From a virus, in the IMG/VR virus record IMGVR_UViG_3300029362_000615: a stretch of 64,000 nt of DNA. One strand, written 5' to 3'. The translations under genes and the position numbers were made by a program. The stretch's first letter is position 1. Each line of letters opens with the position of its first letter. The notes beneath the pieces were generated by a model. The model searched no databases. It saw only the letters and a list, made by a program, of their open reading frames with translations, and had not been told where the DNA came from. Positions 1-8,858 of this stretch are shown one piece after another.

Positions 1-225
1 AAAGATAAGCGTGTTTTGAAGTACGCAATCGATAATCTTGTTCTTAGAGAAATCGAATTATGCAAAGGAAGTTGTAAAAGTAACCTTGAAAACAAAGCGA
101 ACCGTGAACGAGATCGTGATTTGATTATTTATGGCATTCAAAGCGTTTTATATGAGGTTGAACGTCTTGAAGAACAAGAGAAAGAGATGCTGGAGAAAGT
201 CAAACATGAAGTGGTTCAGTTTTGA
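1..225 (+). CDS. hypothetical protein, probably 5'-truncated by window edge
   Basis: ORF track 16..225. The frame stays open back to nt 1. The stop TGA sits inside the conserved TTGAGGTGATAAAAATG coupling motif. Confidence 0.4.
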   Translation, partial: KDKRVLKYAIDNLVLREIELCKGSCKSNLENKANRERDRDLIIYGIQSVLYEVERLEEQEKEMLEKVKHEVVQF

Positions 226-239
226 TTGAGGTGATAAAA

Positions 240-548
240 ATGGATAATAGCGAAACTGTAAAACAAGTTAACGATTGGATGATTAACAGTATTTCCGACT
301 GGATGGTCGAAAGTGGAACAAGAAGCTCCACAGAAGGTAATTGGATTATTCATGTTTATGAAATTACAAGAAAATTCAACGTAACAAAAAACTGGGTCAC
401 GGCATTCCGTGACGAGATTGTAGATGCTCTTTATAAACACGAAGCGGTTGCAGATGTGACCTACGGGTGGTTCCCTGATGGTGATGTGGAATGTTTCGAT
501 ATTGATTTCTATTTGAGTTTTTGTCAGAACCTGAGCGATGAAGATTGA
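240..548 (+). CDS. hypothetical small protein; paralog of the 5263..5757 gene
   Basis: ATG at 240 follows a GAGGTG RBS. Shares the core KF-VTK-WV...LY...EV-DV with the 5263 ORF. Confidence 0.5.
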   Translation: MDNSETVKQVNDWMINSISDWMVESGTRSSTEGNWIIHVYEITRKFNVTKNWVTAFRDEIVDALYKHEAVADVTYGWFPDGDVECFDIDFYLSFCQNLSDED

Positions 549-558
549 GGTGATAAAA

Positions 559-705
559 ATGGATACTAACATAAACCATCTTAACAGTAGAAAAGAATAC
601 ATGGAGCTTGTTTATCACAATTCTAGTCCGTTTGATTTTTGGGAAGAAGTGCGAAAATTTCACAAGGAACGTGAGCAGGAGGAAAAAGAACATGACCAAC
701 ACTGA
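559..705 (+). CDS. hypothetical small protein (48 aa)
   Basis: ATG follows an exact second copy of the ATTGAGGTGATAAAAATGGATA motif. Not in the >=60 aa track; translated by hand. Confidence 0.35.
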   Translation: MDTNINHLNSRKEYMELVYHNSSPFDFWEEVRKFHKEREQEEKEHDQH

Positions 706-877
706 AAAGAATATCGTTCTCGCAGCTCTTTCTTCTTATCGGCGCAAGCTGATGGATCAGAGCATTTCGTTCCTCAAAGCTGGTAATCACGAGGATGCAA
801 AGCAGTCAACAATGGAAGCGGCCAACGTGAATGCGTTGGTGATTAAGTTTACAAGAGAAAAGGAGTTTGCAATATGA
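692..877 (+). CDS. hypothetical protein (61 aa)
   Basis: Internal ATG of track ORF 608..877, preceded by GGAGG. Overlaps the upstream stop (ATGA). Confidence 0.45.
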   Translation: MTNTEKNIVLAALSSYRRKLMDQSISFLKAGNHEDAKQSTMEAANVNALVIKFTREKEFAI

Positions 878-1161
878 GAAACCTGTCTAAGCAGAACCGT
901 AAGAAAATTTTTGATTTGATTCGTCGGGATTGTGATTTCGTTGGTTCTTACGATCTTGAACATTCTGAAGAAAGTGTTTTGACCTATCTTCCGAAGCGTG
1001 GAACACAGATCTACAAAGATGTTGAAGAAGTTCGTGTTATAAAGAATCGTAAAACAGGGAACTGGGTCGAATCCGTTGTTGATATTCGGTGGAAGCACGG
1101 TATGACATTGGTGGAAGCCGAAATGATTGAACGTAAGTATCAATGCAAGTCTAATAAGTAA
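874..1161 (+). CDS. hypothetical protein
   Basis: ORF track; start overlaps upstream stop (ATGA); no recognisable domain. Confidence 0.45.
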   Translation: MRNLSKQNRKKIFDLIRRDCDFVGSYDLEHSEESVLTYLPKRGTQIYKDVEEVRVIKNRKTGNWVESVVDIRWKHGMTLVEAEMIERKYQCKSNK

Positions 1162-1173
1162 GGAGCTCGCAAT

Positions 1174-1344
1174 ATGAAATACAAAAGAATGAAGATTGTT
1201 TATATTGATGGCTGGTATCATGTTGAACAAACATGGATGAGTGGCAAGGTTATTATTACTCCGTATAGATGGAAGGATAAAAGAATAGCTCAATCTTACA
1301 TTGTTGCTTTTTATGAAGCTGGGGAGGTGGAAGAAATTGACTGA
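1174..1344 (+). CDS. hypothetical small protein (56 aa)
   Basis: Hand-translated MKYKRMKIVYIDGWYHVEQ..., with an AGGAG RBS 8 nt upstream. Confidence 0.35.
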   Translation: MKYKRMKIVYIDGWYHVEQTWMSGKVIITPYRWKDKRIAQSYIVAFYEAGEVEEID

Positions 1345-1573
1345 TCCTTGCCGTTATTGTGTAGCACCGGAGCGTTATCCTGGTTGCCACGACCATTGCG
1401 AAAAGCTGAAAGCTCATCGTGAAAGCGATGAGTATAAGAAGCTGTGCGAATATAAGAATACATATCTAAAAAGTCATTCGACAGCAAGCTCTTCTCAGAT
1501 TAACAAAGCGATGAGGTATTTCAAATATAAAGGTTATAGCCTTTATGGATTCAAGAATGTTGGGAGTGTGTAA
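1337..1573 (+). CDS. hypothetical Cys-rich protein (CxxC...CxxHC zinc-finger-like)
   Basis: Track ORF 1301..1573. The best start is TTG at 1337, 6 nt after GGGGAGGTGG. Motif CRYCVAPERYPGCHDHC. Confidence 0.4.
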   Translation: MTDPCRYCVAPERYPGCHDHCEKLKAHRESDEYKKLCEYKNTYLKSHSTASSSQINKAMRYFKYKGYSLYGFKNVGSV

Positions 1574-1574
1574 A

Positions 1575-1862
1575 ATGTATGTGATTGTAGAAGATTTAAC
1601 AAACCAAAGAGTCTATTGTGAAAACGCAATCTTTATTCACGGAACTGTTGAAACTCTTGTGGATGCTATTGCGGCAGCGAATAAAGCATATGAAAAATGT
1701 GAGAAGCAATATTACGGAGAATGTAATGTGGACACCGACAAATATAAAATGCTCCCCGGAGCAAGAATTTCTCCTTACCCAGAGTACGTTATCGGTGAAG
1801 AAAGTGAAGGTGGTTGGGACTACCATCATTATTTTATGGTCATTAAAACAAATGATATGTGA
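1575..1862 (+). CDS. hypothetical protein
   Basis: Internal ATG of track ORF 1545..1862. Confidence 0.45.
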   Translation: MYVIVEDLTNQRVYCENAIFIHGTVETLVDAIAAANKAYEKCEKQYYGECNVDTDKYKMLPGARISPYPEYVIGEESEGGWDYHHYFMVIKTNDM

Positions 1863-1874
1863 GGAAGAAATAAA

Positions 1875-2054
1875 ATGAACGGCTATTACGTTACTATTGA
1901 AACAAGCGTTACTTACACAACGTTTGTTGAAGCAGACAACAAAGATGATGCTTATAAAATTGCGAAAGATAGATTTGTTGCCGGTGAAATCGAACCAGAT
2001 AATCCAAACCCAATTGATATTGATTATGCTACGGTAAAAGACGCAGAGGAGTGA
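1875..2054 (+). CDS. hypothetical small protein; paralog of 5773..5931
   Basis: Hand-translated 59 aa. Shares the pattern Y-VT-...-EADN...A.DI with the 5773 ORF. Confidence 0.4.
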   Translation: MNGYYVTIETSVTYTTFVEADNKDDAYKIAKDRFVAGEIEPDNPNPIDIDYATVKDAEE

Positions 2055-2059
2055 TAAAA

Positions 2060-2572
2060 ATGAGAGAATTTGAAGGTTTTGTTTTTCCTAACGGAAGAAT
2101 TGTAGCAATTCCTGAAGAGGAATATATGGCAGCTATCGAAGCAGGAAAAGAAATTCTTGTGTTTTGTGGTGGATGGGCTGGTGGATACGCTAGAGCGTTT
2201 GGTGCAGACAAGGAACAGGATATTTACGAGCCTGATAAAACTTGTTACATGGTCTATTCGTATGATGTCATGGATAAGACCTTTACGCCAGAAGATATGA
2301 AGCGGTTCGCTAAAGTGATTGTCACAGATGGTATCCGTGTGTACATGAAAACAGGTGAGTCGGCCAGTGATTATTATTCTGGAACCTTCTGTGACTGTGG
2401 TACGAAAGACAGGCTCGAAGAACATTACCCTGACACTTGTAGCAACGATATTGAACAATACGATTTCAGTGATTGTCAGACAGTTGATTTTGATATGACG
2501 GTTCGTATGCTTGGTGCAGATGATAAAGATTACGAAGGTATGGTAAAGATGCTCAAGGGGATTTTGAGGTGA
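2060..2572 (+). CDS. hypothetical protein
   Basis: Track ORF 2051..2572; ATG at 2060 follows GAGGAG. Confidence 0.5.
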   Translation: MREFEGFVFPNGRIVAIPEEEYMAAIEAGKEILVFCGGWAGGYARAFGADKEQDIYEPDKTCYMVYSYDVMDKTFTPEDMKRFAKVIVTDGIRVYMKTGESASDYYSGTFCDCGTKDRLEEHYPDTCSNDIEQYDFSDCQTVDFDMTVRMLGADDKDYEGMVKMLKGILR

Positions 2573-2576
2573 TAAA

Positions 2577-2783
2577 ATGATAAAACGTGACTTTGAAAAG
2601 TATGGAGCCAAGTTTCATTTAAATGATTTCCGTCGTAATGAATTCGATGCTCGTTACACACTACTTTATTTTAATGATGCTATAGGATGCTGGGATGAGT
2701 GTTGTCATGTGTCCACTAAAAAAGAAGCCATTGACGCAGTTGACTATATGAAAAGATGGAAGATAAACGCATTCAGAGAATAA
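2577..2783 (+). CDS. hypothetical protein
   Basis: ORF track; stop/start coupling TGATAAAATG. Confidence 0.45.
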   Translation: MIKRDFEKYGAKFHLNDFRRNEFDARYTLLYFNDAIGCWDECCHVSTKKEAIDAVDYMKRWKINAFRE

Positions 2784-2798
2784 CAAGAGGAGTATAAA

Positions 2799-3020
2799 AT
2801 GTGGGATTTAGTTGAAAATGAATATTCTAAAAAATATGGAATTGGGTGCGCAACCTTTTTTCGTGACAAACAATTAAAAACAGCAATGGTTATGTATAAA
2901 TATAATGGCCGTAGCGTTATGTTTTGCTATTCCGAGTACGATAATAAGATTCTATCTGACGGTGATAAAAACGAAATTGAGATGACAATCAAAAAGAAAC
3001 TCAACTTTTGGGAGGATTAA
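2799..3020 (+). CDS. MWDL-family small protein, copy 1 of 3 tandem paralogs
   Basis: Starts MWDLVENEYSKKYGIG; similar to the next two ORFs. Confidence 0.5.
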   Translation: MWDLVENEYSKKYGIGCATFFRDKQLKTAMVMYKYNGRSVMFCYSEYDNKILSDGDKNEIEMTIKKKLNFWED

Positions 3021-3022
3021 CT

Positions 3023-3259
3023 ATGTGGGATTTAATGGGTAACAATTATTCAGAAGTATACGGTATTGGATATGCTTTACTGAATGGAATTTCAGCTGGG
3101 TTTTATGTGAGTGTCATGTACAAGGATCTTGGAGATGAAATTTACTTCTATTATCTTGATAATGCTCCTTACGGAGAACTTGATGATAATACCAAAAATA
3201 AAATTGAGGATATTATCCGTGATGACCTTAACAAGCGTCATATTTTTGGGGAGGACTGA
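3023..3259 (+). CDS. MWDL-family small protein, copy 2
   Basis: Internal ATG of track ORF 3008..3259. Starts MWDLMGNNYSEVYGIG. Confidence 0.5.
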   Translation: MWDLMGNNYSEVYGIGYALLNGISAGFYVSVMYKDLGDEIYFYYLDNAPYGELDDNTKNKIEDIIRDDLNKRHIFGED

Positions 3260-3261
3260 TT

Positions 3262-3510
3262 ATGTGGGATCTGAGGGAAGTTCACGCTTGTTTTGATGGT
3301 GAAGGCTGGGTTTGGAATGAATCTTTCCATCACAAGAATGTGTTCGTAGACGCGAATGAAGATCCGAAAGAAATCTTTTGGCAGGAATGTCAGATGTTCT
3401 TTCTTCAGGATTATCTAAGCAAGTGTGAAATCGTGGATGATGGCGATATTCTGGAGCTTCAGTTGAAAGATTCCGGTGAACCGGTTCTTGCTATGATGAT
3501 TGCAGAGTAA
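3262..3510 (+). CDS. MWDL-family small protein, copy 3 (diverged)
   Basis: Starts MWDLREV...; ORF track. Confidence 0.45.
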   Translation: MWDLREVHACFDGEGWVWNESFHHKNVFVDANEDPKEIFWQECQMFFLQDYLSKCEIVDDGDILELQLKDSGEPVLAMMIAE

Positions 3511-3523
3511 AGGAGAATAAATT

Positions 3524-3844
3524 ATGAAAATTCACCCTAAATATATTGATGTTTTGGAATCGCTGGATTGGCGCGTATGTGACTATACAGGTGATGGCAG
3601 AGTTGAAATTGAAAATTATTCTCCAGCAGGAGAGGACTTAATCGTTTGTGTGGAGGTTGAAAATTTTCCTGAATCAGTTTATGAGTATGCCTGTGATTTT
3701 GATGCTGATGAGCACGCAGAGATGTGGGTGGGGCATCGTGGGGAAAGAGGTTGTCCTTCTAGCGTCAGAGAACTTATTGACGATGCTGATGCTATTAAAG
3801 AAATGTTGGAAGAATTAGCTAATAGACTTATGGAGGTGGAATAA
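3524..3844 (+). CDS. hypothetical acidic protein
   Basis: ORF track; D/E-rich. Confidence 0.45.
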   Translation: MKIHPKYIDVLESLDWRVCDYTGDGRVEIENYSPAGEDLIVCVEVENFPESVYEYACDFDADEHAEMWVGHRGERGCPSSVRELIDDADAIKEMLEELANRLMEVE

Positions 3845-3847
3845 ATT

Positions 3848-4120
3848 ATGACTCGTTTTTATCTTAATGCGGGTGCTCTTGGCCGTTGGATGCACCAGAA
3901 TAAAGCACAACACACTGGTGCTTATGTTGAAGGTGTTTTGGTCGATAGCTTTGTTGTCGAAACAAAGCGTGGTGTTGCAGCTATCTATGAACACTACCTG
4001 AATGAGTGGACAAGCAACTATTATGTTGAGTTCACCGATTACAAGAACGGTTTTAAGAATGGAGAGGTCGATAAGATTTGGTCTGATTGGTACGCTTTTG
4101 AAGAAAAGGCAAGCGCATAA
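3848..4120 (+). CDS. hypothetical protein
   Basis: ORF track. Confidence 0.45.
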   Translation: MTRFYLNAGALGRWMHQNKAQHTGAYVEGVLVDSFVVETKRGVAAIYEHYLNEWTSNYYVEFTDYKNGFKNGEVDKIWSDWYAFEEKASA

Positions 4121-4132
4121 GAGGTGAGTAAA

Positions 4133-4360
4133 ATGTATGTGCTTCTCGCTTACGAAAAGGATGGCGGCTATTATGACGAACTCTTTAGAAATAAAGATCT
4201 GAAATATGTTGAGGCAACAGGTATGGGATTGATACCCGTTCTAAAAAACAACACACTACGAGCTTGTAATGGAGAACCTTACGATTGGCTCGAAATTTGG
4301 AATTATGAAATGGATGATATTGAACCGCTGTTGATTATTACGGCAAATGGATGCTTATAA
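4133..4360 (+). CDS. hypothetical protein
   Basis: ATG within track ORF 4124..4360, after GAGGTG. Confidence 0.45.
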   Translation: MYVLLAYEKDGGYYDELFRNKDLKYVEATGMGLIPVLKNNTLRACNGEPYDWLEIWNYEMDDIEPLLIITANGCL

Positions 4361-4377
4361 AAGGGAGATTTTAGATA

Positions 4378-5243
4378 TGACTAGTCTGTATTGCTATGAT
4401 AATGAAATCATAAAGTGGACTTACGGCGACAATCTGTACTGCTTACATATTCAGCACGATGACGTTGCAGATAATAATCCTCGTTGGTGGGATGACCATG
4501 ATTCTGTAATGGCTTGTTTTCATCCTCGTTATCATCTTGGTGATAAGATTGATGCGAGTACGGCAGAAGATTTTTGGAATAATCTTGTTTACGAGTATTG
4601 CTCCGATGAAGAAGTTTTAGATGCACTTTTTAACATGAAGTTGGAAGATACCTGTGCCATTATTGATGAAAATTATAGTGACGAAAAACGATACGCTATC
4701 TGTGGTATCGGAACTCTTTTTGATGAAAAAGTTTCTGTAAATCCAATGTATGTTGGTCTGAAGTATAACGAAATTGTTATTTATGTCCATGGTGAATTGT
4801 CTATTCGTGATTGTCAGATTCTTCTTAATAAGCATATTGCATGGCTTCCTATTTGGTTATATGACCATTCTGGCTTGTCTATGGATTGTGATACCCGGTT
4901 CAGAGGTTCGTTGGACGATAGCAATGTTGGTTGGATTGTGACCGCTATTACGGATGGTTCGGATAATACCAAAAATAAAGCAGAGCGAATCATGCGTGAT
5001 GAGGTAAAAACTTATAGCGATTATATTTCCGGTGAGAACTATGGCTATACGTTTTATCGAGAAGAACATGGAGAATGGAAGGAGATTGACAGAGCATTTG
5101 GATTTATCGGTTCCGACGTGTTTGAAAACGGTATCATATATAGCGCTGGTTGTGGTCTTGAAAAAGCATTAAAGGAAGATCGGTGCCGTATTGGTGATGC
5201 AGAGAAGGTTGTGACGGTTACTTATAACTTTGATAAATGTTGA
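4378..5243 (+). CDS. hypothetical protein (~288 aa)
   Basis: Track ORF 4347..5243. ATG at 4378 follows AAGGGAG. No recognisable motif. Confidence 0.5.
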
Positions 5244-5262
5244 ATTTTAGGAGGAAGATATC

Positions 5263-5757
5263 ATGGATGACAATATGATGGAACGTCAGATTGCTGATTA
5301 TATGGTGAAATACGGCACTGAGAATACAAACTATGGAATGTGGTCATTTGAAGTAGATGAGTTGACAGAGAAGTTTGGCGTAACAAAACAATGGGTACAA
5401 GAACACAGTGATGGAATTCTTAGCGAGTTATATCTTCGACAAGAAGTAGAAGATGTTGAACGGCAGTTTGGCGGAAGTGATTTTCATCTCGAAAATATTT
5501 TTATTTGGTATTTTACCGATTTTTGCCCTAACTACATTGAAGACGAACAGGAAAAAGATGATGGTGTAGATCAATATTGGTTTGCACCAACGTGTTGGTG
5601 TACTGATGATGTTATCGAAGCAGCAAAACGGAACGGGATTGTGTTGACTCCGCAACAGGCTGAACAGTGGTGGCAGAAGAACGAAAAGTGGTTCAAGGAT
5701 ACTCTTACTGAATACGGTAATGAGATTCTTTTCAATGCGAATTTTAGTGAGGTGTAA
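5263..5757 (+). CDS. hypothetical protein; N-terminal half paralogous to 240..548
   Basis: Shared motif KFGVTKQWV...LY..EV.DV. Confidence 0.5.
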   Translation: MDDNMMERQIADYMVKYGTENTNYGMWSFEVDELTEKFGVTKQWVQEHSDGILSELYLRQEVEDVERQFGGSDFHLENIFIWYFTDFCPNYIEDEQEKDDGVDQYWFAPTCWCTDDVIEAAKRNGIVLTPQQAEQWWQKNEKWFKDTLTEYGNEILFNANFSEV

Positions 5758-5772
5758 AAGGAGAGTTTTATT

Positions 5773-5931
5773 ATGAAGTATCAGGTAACTGTAGCTCGTA
5801 CTGGCTATGTTGAAATTGAAGCCGATAATGAACAAGAAGCGACGGATATTGTTGCAAACGATATGAACTCAAAAGATATTGAATGGACGTGTGATTTTAC
5901 AGTAACGGATTGTGAAGAAAGTGAGGAATAA
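5773..5931 (+). CDS. hypothetical small protein; paralog of 1875..2054
   Basis: Hand-translated MKYQVTVARTGYVEIEADNEQEATDIV... Confidence 0.4.
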   Translation: MKYQVTVARTGYVEIEADNEQEATDIVANDMNSKDIEWTCDFTVTDCEESEE

Positions 5932-5934
5932 ATT

Positions 5935-6498
5935 ATGGCTATCGTAAATGGATTTGATACTCAGAAACTGCGGTATATCCTCTTTGGTGATAGAGGCTAT
6001 GAGATATACAAGGAAAACGATTTTTACTACCTAAGTAATGGATATGTTCTTGTAAAATGCGATTTTGATGTTATCGCTAAAACACTGTCAGATTTGCCAG
6101 AGTTGAAGATTCCTAACAATGGATATGGTTATAAGTTTGATGAGAAAGATGGTTGGTCTGATTCTGATATTACAATGCTTCACAAATATTTTGAATACGT
6201 AAATCCTAGTCGTTGTTCATATTGGGAAAAATTTCATGATGTAAAAGAGTTTAGACGAATTCAGCACAAAGAAATCAGAGGTTGTTGTGAATATAGTTAT
6301 CCGTGTATTGTTTGCGAGATGGACAATGGAAATAAGGCTTTACTAAATGAGAAGTATACAAATATTCTAGCAAAAGCGAAAAAGTGGGGCTGGTTTGCAG
6401 AGTGCAAGGATAGTTTGAGCAGCGTTCACTTTATGAATAAACAGAACACTCTTGAAGCATGGATTTGCCCAATTCGTTACAAAGAAGGTGCCATCTGA
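5935..6498 (+). CDS. hypothetical Cys-rich protein
   Basis: ORF track. Confidence 0.5.
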   Translation: MAIVNGFDTQKLRYILFGDRGYEIYKENDFYYLSNGYVLVKCDFDVIAKTLSDLPELKIPNNGYGYKFDEKDGWSDSDITMLHKYFEYVNPSRCSYWEKFHDVKEFRRIQHKEIRGCCEYSYPCIVCEMDNGNKALLNEKYTNILAKAKKWGWFAECKDSLSSVHFMNKQNTLEAWICPIRYKEGAI

Positions 6499-6692
6499 TG
6501 TATTACCATCTTGAATATTCTGTCAGACATTTTATGTACGGCGATACGTATAGAGGGCATGAAATCTATCCCACAAAAGAGCTGCGTGATGCAGAGCTTG
6601 ACTGGATGAAAACGTGTTACAGTAAGCCGACAGAGCTTGTCTATACAACGTATGAAACCGAAACACTTAATGAAGATAAGATAACAATATAA
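6498..6692 (+). CDS. hypothetical protein
   Basis: ATG overlaps upstream stop (TGATG); track ORF 6459..6692. Confidence 0.4.
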   Translation: MYYHLEYSVRHFMYGDTYRGHEIYPTKELRDAELDWMKTCYSKPTELVYTTYETETLNEDKITI

Positions 6693-6698
6693 AGGAGA

Positions 6699-6998
6699 AT
6701 GGATATGACGGCACGAGAGATTGCAAAAGATTTTATTTCTAAGATGAATCCGTCTAGGTGGGCTGGCGTAGGTCAAAAACCTGATAACTTTGACACTAGA
6801 ATTAAAACATACACCATTGATGGTTTTTATGAATATGAACTTGATATTTCATATGATGAAGATGAGCTTGGTTACGTTGTTATGCTTGAAATAAGATGGG
6901 CAGACGATGGAGAGCTAATTTACGTTCTTAATACTCAAAGGGTTAATTCTGAAGATGCAATCGAATACTCAATCGATTCTCTTATTGATAATCTTTAA
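6699..6998 (+). CDS. hypothetical protein
   Basis: ORF track; GGAGAATG RBS. Confidence 0.45.
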   Translation: MDMTAREIAKDFISKMNPSRWAGVGQKPDNFDTRIKTYTIDGFYEYELDISYDEDELGYVVMLEIRWADDGELIYVLNTQRVNSEDAIEYSIDSLIDNL

Positions 6999-7023
6999 TA
7001 GAATAATATAAAGGAGAATGAAT

Positions 7024-7197
7024 ATGACAAAATTTGAGAAACAGACGGTTATTAACGCATTGCATTTTTATAGCGAATATTGTTGCAACCACAGTGAAAA
7101 ATCTGCGAATATGATAGCACAGAAATGTACGGCTGAAGGATTGCTTTATATGTTTCAATCTATTCTGGATGAAAAGGCAGGAAGTGTAAAAATCTAA
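7024..7197 (+). CDS. hypothetical small protein (57 aa)
   Basis: Hand-translated; AAAGGAG RBS 8 nt upstream. Confidence 0.35.
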   Translation: MTKFEKQTVINALHFYSEYCCNHSEKSANMIAQKCTAEGLLYMFQSILDEKAGSVKI

Positions 7198-7218
7198 ATA
7201 GAATCGAGGTTTTAAAAA

Positions 7219-7440
7219 ATGATTACGGTTGTTTATGATGATACGATGTGTAATGGGCCTTACCGTGCAGAACACAAAACAATGGAAGCTGCGGTAGAGT
7301 CTGTTAATAATGATTTCGAGAGCCTGATGAAAGAACTGCGAGATGAAGGCTATAAACCTGAATGGATTCGTGACGGCCATCATATGCTTGAGGTTTATGT
7401 TCCGAATACGTCTATTAACGCATGGTTGGATTTTGAGTAA
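7219..7440 (+). CDS. hypothetical protein
   Basis: ORF track. Confidence 0.45.
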   Translation: MITVVYDDTMCNGPYRAEHKTMEAAVESVNNDFESLMKELRDEGYKPEWIRDGHHMLEVYVPNTSINAWLDFE

Positions 7441-7451
7441 GGAGAATTAAA

Positions 7452-7799
7452 ATGAAAATCAAACTTGAAATCGAAAACGACTATGGGCTCTTTAAAGCAA
7501 ATAACTGCAACGAAGAAGAATATTTAAAATTTTACGACAGTGATGGTGAGTTTATTGAAGCTATTGATGTGAGCAATGTTATTACAGAAGAAATGGATGA
7601 TCTTTATTTGGCTGCAACAAGTAAGGATTCGCATTATGTTGCTATTCGCTTGGCAAAACTGCTTTACAATCAAGGAATTGAAATTGTTGGAGTGTTTCGT
7701 GGAGGTGATTTGGGCTGTATGTATGAACTGTACAAGACATACGGCAGAGAGTTTGTAAACCGAATCGGTGAATACGCATTAGTGATTAAGGAGATTTAA
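7452..7799 (+). CDS. hypothetical protein
   Basis: ORF track. Confidence 0.45.
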   Translation: MKIKLEIENDYGLFKANNCNEEEYLKFYDSDGEFIEAIDVSNVITEEMDDLYLAATSKDSHYVAIRLAKLLYNQGIEIVGVFRGGDLGCMYELYKTYGREFVNRIGEYALVIKEI

Positions 7800-7801
7800 A
7801 A

Positions 7802-8008
7802 ATGGATACTAATGAAATCAAAATGTTTGAGCAGAAGATGATTGACAGTGCATTTATTGACGCTGTTGATTATGATCCGAAGATTGCCGCACGAGCTGTG
7901 GGAGTACGCAAGCTGAAAATGAATGGCGTGTGCTCCTTTGACGAATACATTGGTTTTTTGCAGACCATTACCGGCAATGCAAAGCTGTTCTGGAAGTATC
8001 AGTTTTGA
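7802..8008 (+). CDS. hypothetical protein
   Basis: ORF track. Confidence 0.45.
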   Translation: MDTNEIKMFEQKMIDSAFIDAVDYDPKIAARAVGVRKLKMNGVCSFDEYIGFLQTITGNAKLFWKYQF

Positions 8009-8017
8009 GGTGAAAAT

Positions 8018-8278
8018 ATGGTTTTAAAACTTGAGTTCACAGATGGTCACGAACCTTGGATATCATTTCCAATGAATAGAGAAGAGGCTCTAAAACTGTG
8101 GAATAAGCTGAGTAAGATGCCAACGATACGACCTGAATTCCGGTTTGGCAAATTGAAGTGTCGTTGTGATAACGTTGGAAACTGGTATGTTGCTCAGTGG
8201 TTCGATGGAATGCACAAGAGCAAGGAGTTCAGATATCTTGCTAATGCTTTGAAATACATGGAAAAAGAAATGGCTTAA
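8018..8278 (+). CDS. hypothetical protein
   Basis: ORF track. Confidence 0.45.
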   Translation: MVLKLEFTDGHEPWISFPMNREEALKLWNKLSKMPTIRPEFRFGKLKCRCDNVGNWYVAQWFDGMHKSKEFRYLANALKYMEKEMA

Positions 8279-8299
8279 CGAATAGATTGTGAGGGTAAA

Positions 8300-8560
8300 A
8301 TGTTTGTACTTATCAATACTTATATTGCAAAAGGTGAGAATTCATTTCTCCCAGAAGTCGTTTATAAAAAGGGCTTCAATACGATTCTTGAGGCGGAAAA
8401 CGTAATGAATAAACAAGTGGATGATATGCTCGTAAATCATTATTGTAGATATTACGAGGATGAAAATGGTGAACAGAAATTTAGTGTTTTGCGATTAAAA
8501 GGTGATATTCGTATTGATGCTGATGATGTATACGATTGGTGGAAAATTGTAGAGATTTGA
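8300..8560 (+). CDS. hypothetical protein
   Basis: ORF track. Confidence 0.45.
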   Translation: MFVLINTYIAKGENSFLPEVVYKKGFNTILEAENVMNKQVDDMLVNHYCRYYEDENGEQKFSVLRLKGDIRIDADDVYDWWKIVEI

Positions 8561-8590
8561 TAAAACAGTTCTTCTAGGAGAGAAAATAAA

Positions 8591-8836
8591 ATGAATGAAA
8601 AGCAATTTGCAATTGATACACCTATCGGAAAGATTATCGCAGAAGGCATTACAGAGCCATATCCTGAGATTGTGATTTACCTTAAAAGAAATGATGGCGA
8701 AACAATTAACCTGTCCAGTATCAATTACGAAAGTTGTGGTGATATTGAAAGTTATCTTTGGATGGATGTATTCAGTGATGAGTACACGAATCATAAGAGC
8801 TGGTCGTTTGAAGATTTGACCGCAGATTTTTCTTAA
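8591..8836 (+). CDS. hypothetical protein
   Basis: ORF track. Confidence 0.45.
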   Translation: MNEKQFAIDTPIGKIIAEGITEPYPEIVIYLKRNDGETINLSSINYESCGDIESYLWMDVFSDEYTNHKSWSFEDLTADFS

Positions 8837-8858
8837 CAAATACAAAGGAGTAAACAAA